Assembly: GCA_002269645.1 (NCBI GenBank)
Contig: NIVC01000387.1
Coordinates: 248,001-312,000 of the forward strand
Reading direction: 5' to 3'
DNA from: Macrostomum lignano
Lineage: Eukaryota
Length of the DNA: 64,000 nucleotides
Part shown: one piece after another, positions 10,040-22,800 of the stretch
Layout: each line of letters begins with the position of its first letter
How positions within the stretch are numbered: the first letter of the stretch is position 1
Notes under the pieces: generated by a model
Told to the model about the DNA's origin: nothing
What the model saw: only the letters and a program-made list of their open reading frames with translations
Database searches by the model: none
Program-made: the position numbers and the translations under genes

Positions 10040-12516
10040 TGTCTGAGTGGGTTGTGTGTCTGGGTGGGTTGTGTCTGGGTGGGGTCATGTGTCTGAGTGG
10101 GGTCCTGTGTCTGAGTGGGCTGTGTCTGAGTGGGGTTATGTGTCTGAGTGGGGTCATGTGTCTGAGTGGGCTGTGTCTGAGTGGGGTTATGTGTCTGAGT
10201 GGGGTCATGTGTCTAAGTGGGGTCCTGTGTCTGAGTGGGCTGTGTCTGAGTGGGGTTATGTGTCTGAGTGGGCTGTGTCTGAGTGGGGTCATGTGTCTGA
10301 GTGGGTCCTGTGTCTGAGTGGGGTTATGTGTCTAAGTGGGGTCATGTGTCTAAGTGGGTCCTGTGTCTGAGTGGGGTTATGTGTCTGAGTGGGCTGTGTC
10401 TGAGTGGGGTTATGTGTCTGAGTGGGGTTATGTGTCTGAGTGGGCTGTGTCTGAGTGGGGTCATGTGTCTAAGTGGGTCCTGTGTCTGAGTGGGGTCCTG
10501 TGTCTGAGTGGGGTCATGTGTCTGAGTGGGGTCATGTGTCTGAGTGGGGTCATGTGTCTGAGTGGGCTGTGTCTGAGTGGGGTCATGTGTCTGAGTGGGC
10601 TGTGTCTGAGTGGGGTCATGTGTCTGAGTGGGCTGTGTCTGAGTGGGGTCATGTGTCTAAGTGGGTCCTGTGTCTGAGTGGGGTTATGTGTCTGAGTGGG
10701 GTCATGTGTCTAAGTGGGGTCCTGTGTCTGAGTGGGCTGTGTCTGAGTGGGGTCATGTGTCTGAGTGGGGTCATGTGTCTAAGTGGGGTCCTGTGTCTGA
10801 GTGGGCTGTGTCTGAGTGGGGTCATGTGTCTGAGTGGGGTCCTGTGTCTGAGTGGGCTGTGTCTGAGTGGGGTCATGTGTCTGAGTGGGGTCATGTGTCT
10901 AAGTGGGGTCCTGTGTCTGAGTGGGCTGTGTCTGAGTGGGGTCATGTGTCTGAGTGGGGTCATGTGTCTAAGTGGGGTCCTGTGTCTAAGTGGGGTCCTG
11001 TGTCTGAGTGGGCTGTGTCTGAGTGGGGTTATGTGTCTGAGTGGGGTCATGTGTCTAAGTGGGGTCATGTGTCTAAGTGGGGTCCTGTGTCTGAGTGGGC
11101 TGTGTCTGAGTGGGGTCATGTGTCTGAGTGGGGTCATGTGTCTAAGTGGGTCCTGTGTCTGAGTGGGGTTATGTGTCTGAGTGGGGTCATGTGTCTAAGT
11201 GGGTCCTGTGTCTGAGTGGGGTTGTGTCTGAGTGGGGTCATGTGTCTAAGTGGGTCCTGTGTCTGAGTGGGGTTATGTGTCTGAGTGGGGTCATGTGTCT
11301 GAGTGGGGTTATGTGTCTGAGTGGGGTCATGTGTCTGAGTGGGGTTATGTGTCTGAGTGGGGTCATGTGTCTGAGTGGGTATAAGGATTCAATTTCATAT
11401 GCATGTAGGCCTTAGGGACTATTTAGGGACTATTTTAGGAAGTAGTATTAGGGACTAAATTAGGCAATAATTAGGGAATTGCATTGTTATCAGAGCGTGG
11501 TGGAGTGTAGCAGTTGTGGACAGCTACACTCTTACAAAAAGCCACAAGTGCTTGATGACGGCATTGCAAAGGGCGAGTGCAGGCCGCCCTAAAAGTCTGC
11601 TTCCACTTTAGAGGGGTTGTATGCTTTTTGTGGGGCGGGGTTCAATTACATTTTTAACAGAGACATTTCAGAAATCACACGAGAAAGGGGAACCGTGAGA
11701 ATCGGCCGGAATTGCGCGGTGGCTGGAAGACGTGGGAAATGATAACGCAGACAGTTTCACAGGGACTTCATCGGGGAAATTTACTATAAATAAGCGAGGG
11801 GTTAAATGCTAAAAACTTTACCCTTTTTCCACTCTTTTTTCACTCTCTTTTACACGCCTTGTATTAACTTTTGGATTGCTTAATAGTTTGCAAATCACGA
11901 CGACCGCTTCTGCAGACACCTGTGACCGGAGGGTAAGACTGAGCACTGCCATGACTTTAGATTTATGAATATTAGCGTATCGGTCTCAGACCAGGTAGAT
12001 AGGTGTAATTTATATATATATATAATAGATTAATAGGAGTATTTGAGTAGCTTAGTTATACCGTAGTGTCTCAGACTTATTCTCCCTGCTTGTAGCTCGC
12101 TTATTTGCTTATTAATACAAACGTTGAAAATGCAGTAGTAAATATAATTATATGGTTGATCGGTAAATAACATCCAAGCATATTCTACCTCGTTTGAGTT
12201 ACTATTAATCATATGTAAGGTTCTTAGTTTGCGGCCAACTAGGAAACTTATAGTGGGCTGTGTCTGAGTGGGGTTATGTGTCTGAGTGGGGTCATGTGTC
12301 TAAGTGGGGTCCTGTGTCTGAGTGGGCTGTGTCTGAGTGGGGTCATGTGTCTAAGTGGGGTCCTGTGTCTGAGTGGGCTGTGTCTGAGTGGGGTCATGTG
12401 TCTAAGTGGGTCCTGTGTCTGAGTGGGGTCCTGTGTCTGAGTGGGGTCATGTGTCTAAGTGGGTCCTGTGTCTGAGTGGGCTGTGTCTGAGTGGGGTCAT
12501 GTGTCTGAGTGGGTCC
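10040..12516. repeat. Second copy of the GTGTCTGAGTGGGGTCAT minisatellite with its insertion
   Basis: Part of the duplication; unit order differs slightly from copy 1. Confidence 0.95.
11380..12252. mobile_element. Second copy (873 bp) of the TATAAG...CTTATA insertion
   Basis: GTGGG TSD at 11375-11379 and 12253-12257; one TA unit shorter in the internal (TA)n. Confidence 0.7.
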
Positions 12517-12844
12517 TTCAGCGTTGCGACTATATATATCTGCTTGATCATATGTCGGGGTGGGTCATGTCTAAGTGGACTCGTAATACTTGTGAAACTA
12601 CTATAAATTTGGTCACACAGAGCAATAGATATAAAAAAAAGTTATTTAGAGTCAGTCATTTGACCGGCTAAGGTCTGAAGTGCCTTCCGAGCTGTTACTA
12701 AAGCAAATAAAATCTGAAATCGATTTGTTTTTGTTTGGCAAAAATTGCGTGGCAATCAATATTATTGTATGCGGCATGTGTATTTTAAAGCTTGAGCAGC
12801 TCCGTAAACTCAATAATAATAAAATGCATTTAAATAGCCTGCTG

Positions 12845-14208
12845 TCACTCCGGCCACACCGTGCGCAGCAGGGAGCCGCAGTCCAGCAGGCAGGTGTGCA
12901 CCAGGCTGAGCGGCTGGCCGCGCGGGTTCAGGCACATCAGCCTGCGGCCCACAAACTCATCCAGCTGGGCCGCGCTGGCCACCGGGACCGGCGCCAGGCT
13001 GTCCGAGTCGCGGCTCTCCAGCGTCCAGTCGATGCGACGCGACTCGCCAAGCCGCAGGCGCTCCGGCGGCACCGTCCGGGCGACGATGCGACGCTGGTGG
13101 CCCGGAAGCGGCAGCTCTGTGGCCAGGCGGCGCCAGACAGCGCCGGCAAGTTTGACAGTCTCGGCGAAGGCGGCGTCGCAGGCGGCGGCCGAGACGGAGC
13201 CGTGCAGCAGCGAGAGGGCCTCGGCGGACTGGCGGCCCGGCGCGTGCAGGCGGCCCCGACAGGCCAGGCGGATCGGCAGGCTGGCGGTGGATGCCTGGCG
13301 GCGGCCCAGCTGGGCGGCCATGGCGGGCAGGGAGGCGGCGCCCACCAGGAAGAGCCGCAGGTGCGGGTTGTCGGCCGAGTCGGCGCTGTCCCGCTTATCG
13401 GCCGGCAGGTCGATGGCGTCGGCTTCTGACCAGCCGCAGGCGGCGAGCACCGGCGCGGTGACCCAGTCCGGGCCGCGGGTCAGCAGCCAGCCGTGGCCGG
13501 CGAAGCTGACGGCCTCGGCCGTCAGGCTGGCGGCGGCGTCCATCGCGCGGCTCTGCAGGCGGAGGCCGGCCGGCTCTACGAATTCAAGCTGCCGGCCGGC
13601 CAGGCGGAGGCGGCGCAGACCGGGCGGTGACGGCGTCTCTTCGGCTGCCATGTCGACGGAAAAGTCCGGAGCCGCGGCAGAGTCCGGGTGCAGCCGGTTG
13701 GGCAGTCCGAGAGCGCGGTCCCAGAAGGCGTCGTGCAGTCTCCTGGGGAGGTAGGCGATGATGGCGCGGGTTGCGTGCGAATTTGTACTTTTGGCTCAGT
13801 GCCATGGGTACTTATCCTTCAGTGCCATGAGAAACACACCGGTACTCATCCTTCAGTGCCATGAGAAACACACCGGTACTCATCCTTCAGCAGCTTGGCC
13901 TCAGAGCCCTCCAGTCGCCTGCCGGGCTCCCGCAGCCTGCCCGCCGCATTGCGAGCAGCCGCCAGCGCCTCAGCAGCGGCTCGGACCGTCGCCCAGCCGA
14001 TCCAGTCGCCGCCGCAGCCGCCCCGGGCATCAATGCTGCCAGCCAGAGCCTCGGGATCGGCGAGCAGCGCCTCGGGCGGATAGTCGGGGGCCAGGGTCGG
14101 TGAGAAGTCGCGCGCATAGTGGTCGTAGAGGACACGGGTGTTGATGCAGCGAGCGGAATCTCGCGGACAGCACAATGCGCTGGCTGCTGAGATGCTGCGA
14201 GCGAGTAT
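12845..14208 (-). CDS. SLIMP: SLIMP-type SerRS-like protein, copy 2
   Basis: Exons 14208-13874 and 13742-12845. Differs from copy 1 at 13463 (C->W) and 14004 (R->W). Confidence 0.72.
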
Positions 14209-16817
14209 CTGAAGATTTTTTTGAATAAATTAATTTTGCATAATGCTACTTTCAGTAAAGAGTAAACAAACATCAAACATTTGGCAAGACCTTTTTGTTA
14301 GAGCTTTGAATGCTTTTCAGTTTTAAAAAAATTTCTAGAATTTCCAGATGTTCAAGTCAGTTGTCTTTGAATACCATGACTAGGCAAGGCACTAGTCACA
14401 GTAATCATGGTATGACTAGGCAAAGCATTTAGCCTAGTAGGCCTATGCTATCTAGTATACAGACCAATTAATAAAAAAGATCTGCTATTGCTTTTGCTTT
14501 CAAGTTATCTGCTTTTCCAAACAGGACTATTATTAAAATTAACAATCATAATCTTATATATAATAATCAGATATCAAATAGGCAGGCAATATGTTCAAGT
14601 TTGATATATTTATTAATGATTCTCATTATTAAAGTCTAATTTAGGATCAACTAAGTAACAAAATTAACATGGGACAAGTATACAAGGCGAAATTGAAAAA
14701 TAAAACAAAATAACAAGATGAAAGCATAGAAAATAAAAAATAAATATAATTAAAAAAGCTAAATGTAAGTGAAAAAGTAAACTATTATAGGCTTATATAT
14801 TTAAAGTTAATATATATAGTTAAATAATAGTTAAGTTAAATCACAATAATTTATGTCTTCTTTTTTAATTGTATATTCCTTGTAACTAGAAATAAAATAA
14901 ATAAGATAGATATCAAAGGCCAAGGTGAAACCTATATTTTAGATGAATTTGATATTGCTTAGTCTCTTTAAAAAAGGATAGCTAACTTGAACTTCTTGGC
15001 TATACTCCAAAAGACATCATTTATGCCAGAATTTTTATGGCATGCATTGTGTGCTTTTAGTTATGGCATGAATTCTAGCATGCACTTAATACAATTCAGA
15101 GTATTGACTATTGCTCTTTGGCTTGGTTGTTTTATTCTGTAGAATTTTCTTTAATTGATTATTGAATAAGCTAGAGCAAGGCGGTGGTTCATTTAGTTAT
15201 TTACCAACGGAATTTAGATCCAAGAGAAAACAAGGGGAGAGTGAGTGATTCGTGTCACTGCCGTCGCCGTATATTTATAGATTTGTTATTGTCTTCCGGA
15301 AATTTCTAGAAAGATTTAGCTAATTTTAACAAAGCGAAATAACCCTTTAATTATATACATTACGTAAATATAATTAAAACATTAATACTTAAGTGATAAT
15401 TAATTATTTACTATTTATATGCGCATGTTATAGATTAGCTGCTAACTCAAAGAAGTTTCTGGAAATAGGTTTTGACTTTTAGAAATCTGAAGAAATTTCG
15501 GGAAAGTCATTAAAGTACGCTACAATTCTTGAATCATGCATTGAATTTTGAATCGAATTCTAGTATCATATTATTATGGGTATAAATAAAATTCGATGAG
15601 CATTATAATTTAAAGTTCACATGACTAGGCCTACATTGTAGGCTTATGACTACAATGTCAATAGTACAGAAAAAAACTTTTACTTTTTGAATCATGACAC
15701 TGAATTATAAAAAAGGAATATACATGGCCATCATGACATTTTGCTAATTGTTTTTGCAGTTTTCTTAAATAATCTCAAGTTAACCACTTCTAAATATAAA
15801 TGATTTATGTATCCTTCAGATAATTAGTTTCGAACTTTCATTTGAAGGTAATTTTAGTCGCAATAGGTAAATTTAAGCATTTCATTTGCCTTCTAATTGC
15901 ATTATATGATTTTAATCGACAGGTAGACATAAGTATCAGCATACCATCAGCAAAGCGGAAGCAAAATTATTCACCTTAAAATTTCAAAAAGTTTTATATC
16001 ATAGCTTGCAATAAACTTCTTAACAAATCCTAGTAACATTAATTTTGAAGTGTTTCTTGGAAAATAATGCTTTAAAAATTTAGAAATTATAAAATCTCTT
16101 GAAGATACCACGTGACAAATAAACGAAGTCACCAGAGCATGTAAAAATTATGTGAACTAAGGCAAGTTCACTTAATTCTTTTTTTGCGAATGCATTGAAT
16201 TTCGCTGCATTGTATTTAAAATTCTGAATAATTACTAACCATTTATGACATTGTTATGACGAGCAAAATACTCATGCAGTTAGCCTGCATCCCAGAGGCG
16301 CAACCGGATGCATGGAGACCCGGAAGGGAGGACAAAGCAAATTTCGTCAAGATGTAGGCCCGCCCCTCCCTTTTGGTCTTTACCTCCAGAATCCACCCAC
16401 CATCGAATTTCTGTTTGCGCTACTGAGGTCAACACACAACTGCCATTCATTACACGTACATGTACATGTGCATAAACTGTTTGACCAATTTGTTCTAACA
16501 CAGTAATAGCTAGGTGTATGATGGATCTGAAAACTTTAAGTATGATGGATAGCTTTGAGCATTCCTGTAAAAATGGTCACCTCAGTGAGGAAAATTTTGA
16601 GACACTCCCGGCCGGCCGTATTACAGTTTACCCGCCGAATCAATCAGTATCAGTATATACGATCTACTTTAGTATTACGACAAAAAACGACTTTACTACT
16701 CGTGGAAAAGGATCAATGTCACGGAGCCACGCTTGAAGCGCCTCCATGCTCGTATTGAGGCATTAGAATTTTTTTCCACAGATCGTGTGCGATTCAGATG
16801 CATGCGTGTATTTTGCT

Positions 16818-19800
16818 TCAACTGCAGTCAGATGCCTCCAGATAGACGCGATTACTTAAATGGCGAAATGCCAGATAGGCAAACTCCAGCAGTTCCACAA
16901 AGAAGGCCATAGTGAGACCCAGGTACAGCGAGCAGAGGCCACCGATGCGGCTCACTAGCGCCTGAAAAGTGACAGTCAGCTTCTCCTCCTTCTGGATGGT
17001 GTCCACGCTTTTCCGTCGAATCACAATGAACGCAAACTGCTTTTCGTCGTCTTTATTCGCGTCGAGAGAGGCGCCCGGGTGCGCACCGTCTCGCAGGCTG
17101 TTGGCATGCACGTAGGCCATCACTTGACGTCTCATCAGCTCGCGCTCTTCGGCGTCACCCATCGCTGCAGCTTTGAGAAGACCGGCCCAGCTGTGCGACT
17201 GGTTGAGCAGCCAGCGGAGCTGGAACTCCGAGTAGCGCCAGCCCGTGATGGACGCCGCTTGCTCGTAGAGTAACCTCTGGCAGCGCTTTCGGCACACGGC
17301 GCCGTCGGCAGCCTGACGGATGGCACCGACGTCCAGCTGCTCCAGGCAGTACAGGCGGCTGCACGATCGGCGAGAGGTGAGCAGCAACACGTGAGAAAGC
17401 TGTGAGAAATCCAATGCCTTCAATAATCCAGTCCATCATGAGTCATTTCGTCATTTTGCTGCTAAATGTTGGCTACAGGAATATTTCCGTCAGCATTTTC
17501 CAGATGTGATCGGGAATTGGACCGGACGGTTTGAAGGTCATTGCCAGTGCGGGTGCTCAGATGAGTGTCGGATGAGCTGTACGTAAAGTAATAAGTGATC
17601 GAGTTTTTCATTTTCCCTTTCCAAAATAGAACGGCGAGTGCCAGCGACACTCCAAACTACTCAACTGTGCAAGTGGAACAGGCTGGGGCAGGGATATTGA
17701 GCAACTATGCCTGCCTTCTGGCTAGGCTGAGCAGAGTGAAATGCTCTCTTTAATTTCCCGGCAAGTTCTCCACTTTACATCCTTGATCTCAGCTGAGCAC
17801 CCGCACTACTGGCAATCCCTGACACTCATAAGCTGAGCACCCGCACTGGCAATCCCTGACACTCATCAGCTGAGCACCCGCACTGGCAATCCCTGACACT
17901 CATCAGCTGAGCACCCGCACTGGCAGTCCCTGACACTCAGCTGAGCACCCGCACTGGCAGTCCCTGACACTCAGCTGAGCACCCGCACTGGCAATCCCTG
18001 ACACTCAGCTGAGCACCCGCACTGGCAATCCCTGACACTCAGCTGAGCACCCGCACTGGCAATCCCTGACACTCAGCTGAGCACCCGCACTGGCAATCCC
18101 TGACACTCATCAGCTGAGCACCCGCACTACTGGCAATCCCTGACACTCAGCTGAGCACCCGCACTGGCAATCCCTGACACTCATCAGCTGAGCACCCGCA
18201 CTGGCAGTCCCTGACACTCAGCTGAGCACCCGCACTGGCAATCCCTGACACTCATCAGCTGAGCACCCGCACTGGCAATCCCTGACACTCAGCTGAGCAC
18301 CCGCACTGGCAATCCCTGACACTCAGCTGAGCACCAGCACTGGCAATCCCTGACACTCATCAGCTGAGCACCCGCACTGGCAATCCCTGACACTCAGCTG
18401 AGCACCCGCACTGGCAATCCCTGACACTCAGCTGAGCACCCGCACTGGCAATCCCTGACACTCATCAGCTGAGCACCCGCACTGGCAATCCCTGACACTC
18501 AGCTGAGCACCCGCACTGGCAATCCCTGACACTCATCAGCTGAGCACCCGCACTACTGGCAATCCCTGACACTCATCAGCTGAGCACCCGCACTGGCAAT
18601 CCCTGACACTCATCAGCTGAGCACCCGCACTGGCAATCCCTGACACTCATCAGCTGAGCACCCGCACTGGCAATCCCTGACACTCATCAGCTGAGCACCC
18701 GCACTGGCAATCCCTGACACTCATCAGCTGAGCACCCGCACTGGCAATACCTGACACTCATCAGCTGAGCACCAGCACTGGCAATCCCTGACACTCATCA
18801 GCTGAGCACCCGCACTGGCAATCCCTGACACTCAGCTGAGAACCCGCACTGGCAATCCCTGACACTCAGCTGAGCACCCGCACTGGCAATCCCTGACACT
18901 CATCAGCTGAGCACCCGCACTGGCAATCCCTGACACTCATCAGCTGAGCACCCGCACTGGCAATCCCTGACACTCAGCTGAGCACCCGCACTGGCAATCC
19001 CTGACACTCATCAGCTGAGCACCCGCACTACTGGCAATCCCTGACACTCATCAGCTGAGCACCCGCACTGGCAATCCCTGACACTCATCAGCTGAGCACC
19101 CGCACTGGCAATCCCTGACACTCATCAGCTGAGCACTGTAGTGCTCACGCGAGCCCAATTTATATGTACATCGGCCTTGCGTACAATTCATGCACTTCAA
19201 GTGCGGCGATTCTTCACCCCCACTCTGGTGGCGTGATTTTATTCCATAGTCTGAAAATAAATAAACATCGATCAGCCCACCTAGCAGGGCTCCACCCTTC
19301 GTCTCAGCAAACTTCGGCCTTCTTACTATAGCCATTACATTGGCGTCGCAAGCAGGATTTCAGAGGCTGACGTGTAGCCCATGCAGAGGCGCCTCAGTCG
19401 CATAAGGCCTAGTGGCGTTGAGAAGGTCAGGAGCTCCCTCGAATCTTCGGCCACCTCGATCTGATGAAAGGCCTTGGCAACATCTAACTCTGAGAAACAT
19501 GTTGATCCGGCCATCTCGTCCGTAACCTCCTCAAATGTGGGAATCGGTTGCTTCTCGGGAATCACGAATTTGTTGACCTCGCGGAGATCCTGGGTGATGC
19601 GGATTCGTCCCTTGTCGTCCTTTGGAACAGCCACCATTCTTGAGCACCATGCTGTAGGTCCGTGGACACGCTCGATGATGCCCTGAGCAAGCTGCTCTTC
19701 CAGCTCTTTTCTGACGGCGTCTCTGAGGTGCACTGGCACGCGTGACGGTGCTTGGCATGTTGGCGTGGCTTCGGGACGCAGCTTGATGGTAACGCGGACG

Positions 19801-22800
19801 CCTTTGACGCAGCCGATGCCGTGAAACCTATCCTCGAATTCGGTCAGGACGCTTTGCAGCTGCGGGTTGTCGGTCGGGTGCTGGTCATTGATGCTTCGTG
19901 ACCCGGTGAGACCTGCCACTAATACGGGTTGCTTGTTGGCTCCTGGGCCGACCTGGAGCATGCCGAGCTCGGTGCTGGTCTGTCTTCCGATGATGGGGGT
20001 GCAGCTGCTTTTTATGATGATGAAGTTCGGCTGCAGCTTGTGCCCGTTTGCCGCCACGATCAGCCTGGCCTGTCCCTCAACGGCCAGCGGTTGGCTTGCG
20101 CCAAGTGGGAAAACCCTTGTGCTGCAGGGCTCGATCCTGGTGCCCGGGTTGCTGATCCGCCTGAAGGTGCACAGGTCGAGCACGTTGCAGCTCGCTCCGC
20201 TGTCGATGAGCGCCCTGACTGCGTGGCCGTTGATGCTGATGACGAATTTTGCGCTCCCGTTCTTGTCTTCCAGTGTGCAGAACACTTCCTCGCATGACTG
20301 GTCGGTCGGCTCGTCCGAGTCGTGGCCAAGTGCGTTGATGCGCGAACGGCTACTGAGACAAGCCTTAGCGAGGTGGTTCATCTTGCCACAGCTATCGCAC
20401 TTCTTGCCCTGAGCCTTGTTGCAGCTTCGGTGTCCAGACTCTCCGCAGCGGATGCATTTGCTGTTAGTCTTTGGCGGCTCGCGGGCTGACCCACCTGGCT
20501 GGCGGCGGCGCAGCATGTTGACGTCTTCGGAGGTGGCAGCGCTTTTCGACATGATGGCAGCTTGCTTTTCGGCCGCCTCATGAGTTCTTGCCAGCTGTAG
20601 AGTGTCTGCGAGACTGATGTTTGGCACGTTTAAGAGTCGCTTCCTGAGGGCATTGCTGCGGCAACAGGCCACGATTTGATCTCGGATCAGTGACTGCTGC
20701 AGGTCTCCAAACTGGCACGCTTCTGATGCGCTCCACAGTCTGCTGTACCATGAGTCGATCTGTTCTCCATCCTCTTGAAGGCAATTCCGGAATTGGTATC
20801 GGATGAAGACGACATTGTCGCGGCCTTTAAACTGTTTGTTGAAAGTCTCGATAAGTGTTGAAATGTTTGCACTTTGGCCTTCTGCGATTGTTTCGCTGTT
20901 AGCGATCTCTTTGTACATGTCGCTGATTTCCTTTCCGGCCGTGTAGAGCAGAATTTCCCGCTTTTGGGCCTCATTGGTGATGCCACTGGCCGCCAGGTAG
21001 CGCTGTAGGTTGTCAGCCCATTCTTGCCAGCGTTTGCTGACAGTGTGTGGGTCTTCTCTAATGCTGAATGATGCGGGGGGCGGCAGTTGCAAGGCCATGG
21101 CTCGCTCTTGCGACGCCAATGTAATGGCTATAGTAAGAAGGCCGAAGTGCAGCGCGTGATGACAACTGTTCTGAGCGGACTCCCCGGCGTGCGCTGGGTA
21201 CACGACGACATCCTCATCTACGCCAAGTGTATCGAAGAGCACAACCAGCGACTGCGCGACTGTCTGCAGCGGTTGCGAGACCACAATATCACCCTCAACC
21301 CGGCGAAGTGCAGGTTCGCGCAGCAAGAAGTCGACTTCCTCGCCATGCGCCTCACAGCAGCCGGAATCCATCCCAGCACAGAGAAGGTGGCGGCCATTAA
21401 CTGCTTCAAAAGACCGACCAACGCTACCGAGGTCCGGTCCTTCCTCGGCCTCGTCACCTTTGTCGCTCGCTTTATTAGCAATCTGTCCGACAGGGCACGG
21501 CCGCTCCGAGATCTGACAAAGCACGGGGCAGAGTGGACGTGGGGCGACCATCAAGAAGCAGCTTTCATCGACATCAAGCGCACGATAGCCAGTAGCCAGG
21601 CGCTGGCATTCTTCAGCAAAGACCTGCAGTCCCAGCTGATCGTCGATGCCAGTCCAACCGGAGCCGGCGTCATCCTAGCCCAAGTGCAGCCTGATGGTTC
21701 GATTCGACCGGTGGCCTACGCGAGCCGCAGCCTCAGCGCCACCGAGCAGCGGTACTCCCAGACCGAGCGCGAGGCACTCGCAGTAAAGTATGGCTGTCTA
21801 AAATTTCATCATTATCTCAGCGGCTGTGAGCACTTTAAAGTCATAACTGACCACAGACCGCTCGTCTCGATGTTCAGCCCAGGGTCTCGGCCGCCGCCCA
21901 GAATTGAACGCATGGCTCTCCGACTGCAGGACCTTGCCTTCAGCGTCATTTACCAGCCCGGAGCCGGAAACCCGTCCGACGTGCTCAGCCGGCAACCGCT
22001 ACCGCTGCCGCCAAACAACGGAGGCGAGCGGGCCGACGCAGCGTTCGTTGCCATGGTCGTCCAGGCGGCGACTCCGGTGTCTCTCAGCATATCAGCGATC
22101 AAAGCAGCTTCGGAGCAGGACCCGACAGTGCAGGCTGCATGCCGCGCCATTCGCACCGGCAGCTGGGACTCCAAGGACGCAGATCTGAAGGACATCCGAG
22201 GCGTCAGGCACGAGCTGTCGGAACACGACGGCCTCCTATTGCGCGGCAGCCAGCTGTTCGTGCCTGCAGTGCTGCGGTTCCGGTGCCTTCAACTGGCCCA
22301 TCTAGGACACCAAGGCATGCGGAAGACACTGGACCGCCTGCAGTCAAAGGTCTGGTGGCCCGGCATGCGCTCGGCAGTGGAGACTCATGTGGCCACCTGC
22401 ATCAGCTGCGCGGCCTGCAACAGCGAGGCGACTACGAAGGCAACGCCCTTGAAGCCGACGGATCTGCCGGATGGGCCGTGGCTCGATCTCGGCCTTGACT
22501 TCCTGGGGCCCGTCAAAGGAAAGTCGTTACTCGTCTGCACCGATCACTTTTCTCGATTTCCGCTGGTTGAAGTTATGGCAGACACAACGGCCGCCGCCGC
22601 CATACGCGTGCTCAGACGGTGGTTTAGCATCTTCGGCCAGCCGCTCAAGGTGTCAACCGACAACGGGCCGCCTTTCTCATCATCGGATTTCACCAGCTTC
22701 CTGAAAGGCCAAGGAGTCCACCATCATCGGATCACGCCGCTCTACCCGCAGGCTAACGGAGCCACCGAGCGCTGCAACAAGGGCCTCAACAAAGCCATAC

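Larger units (their letters stand above)
1134..14486. repeat. Recent direct segmental duplication: copy 1 ~1134-7454, copy 2 ~8150-14486
   Basis: TAAGGTCAAAGTTGGTC starts at 1134 and 8150 (offset 7016). Offset drifts to 7032 through satellite length changes. ORF sets are duplicated almost identically. A more diverged tail follows (~7455-8030 vs ~14487-14790). Confidence 0.95.

Noticed and set aside
19341-19358. tRNA-like sequence
   Set aside because: Only an 18-nt complement (PBS); no cloverleaf. No tRNA or rRNA genes were recognised in the window.
19311-21148. Invertase-type phase-variation switch that would restore pol when flipped
   Set aside because: Flipping between the IRs leaves a 42-bp insert with in-frame stops in RT, and no recombinase is encoded.
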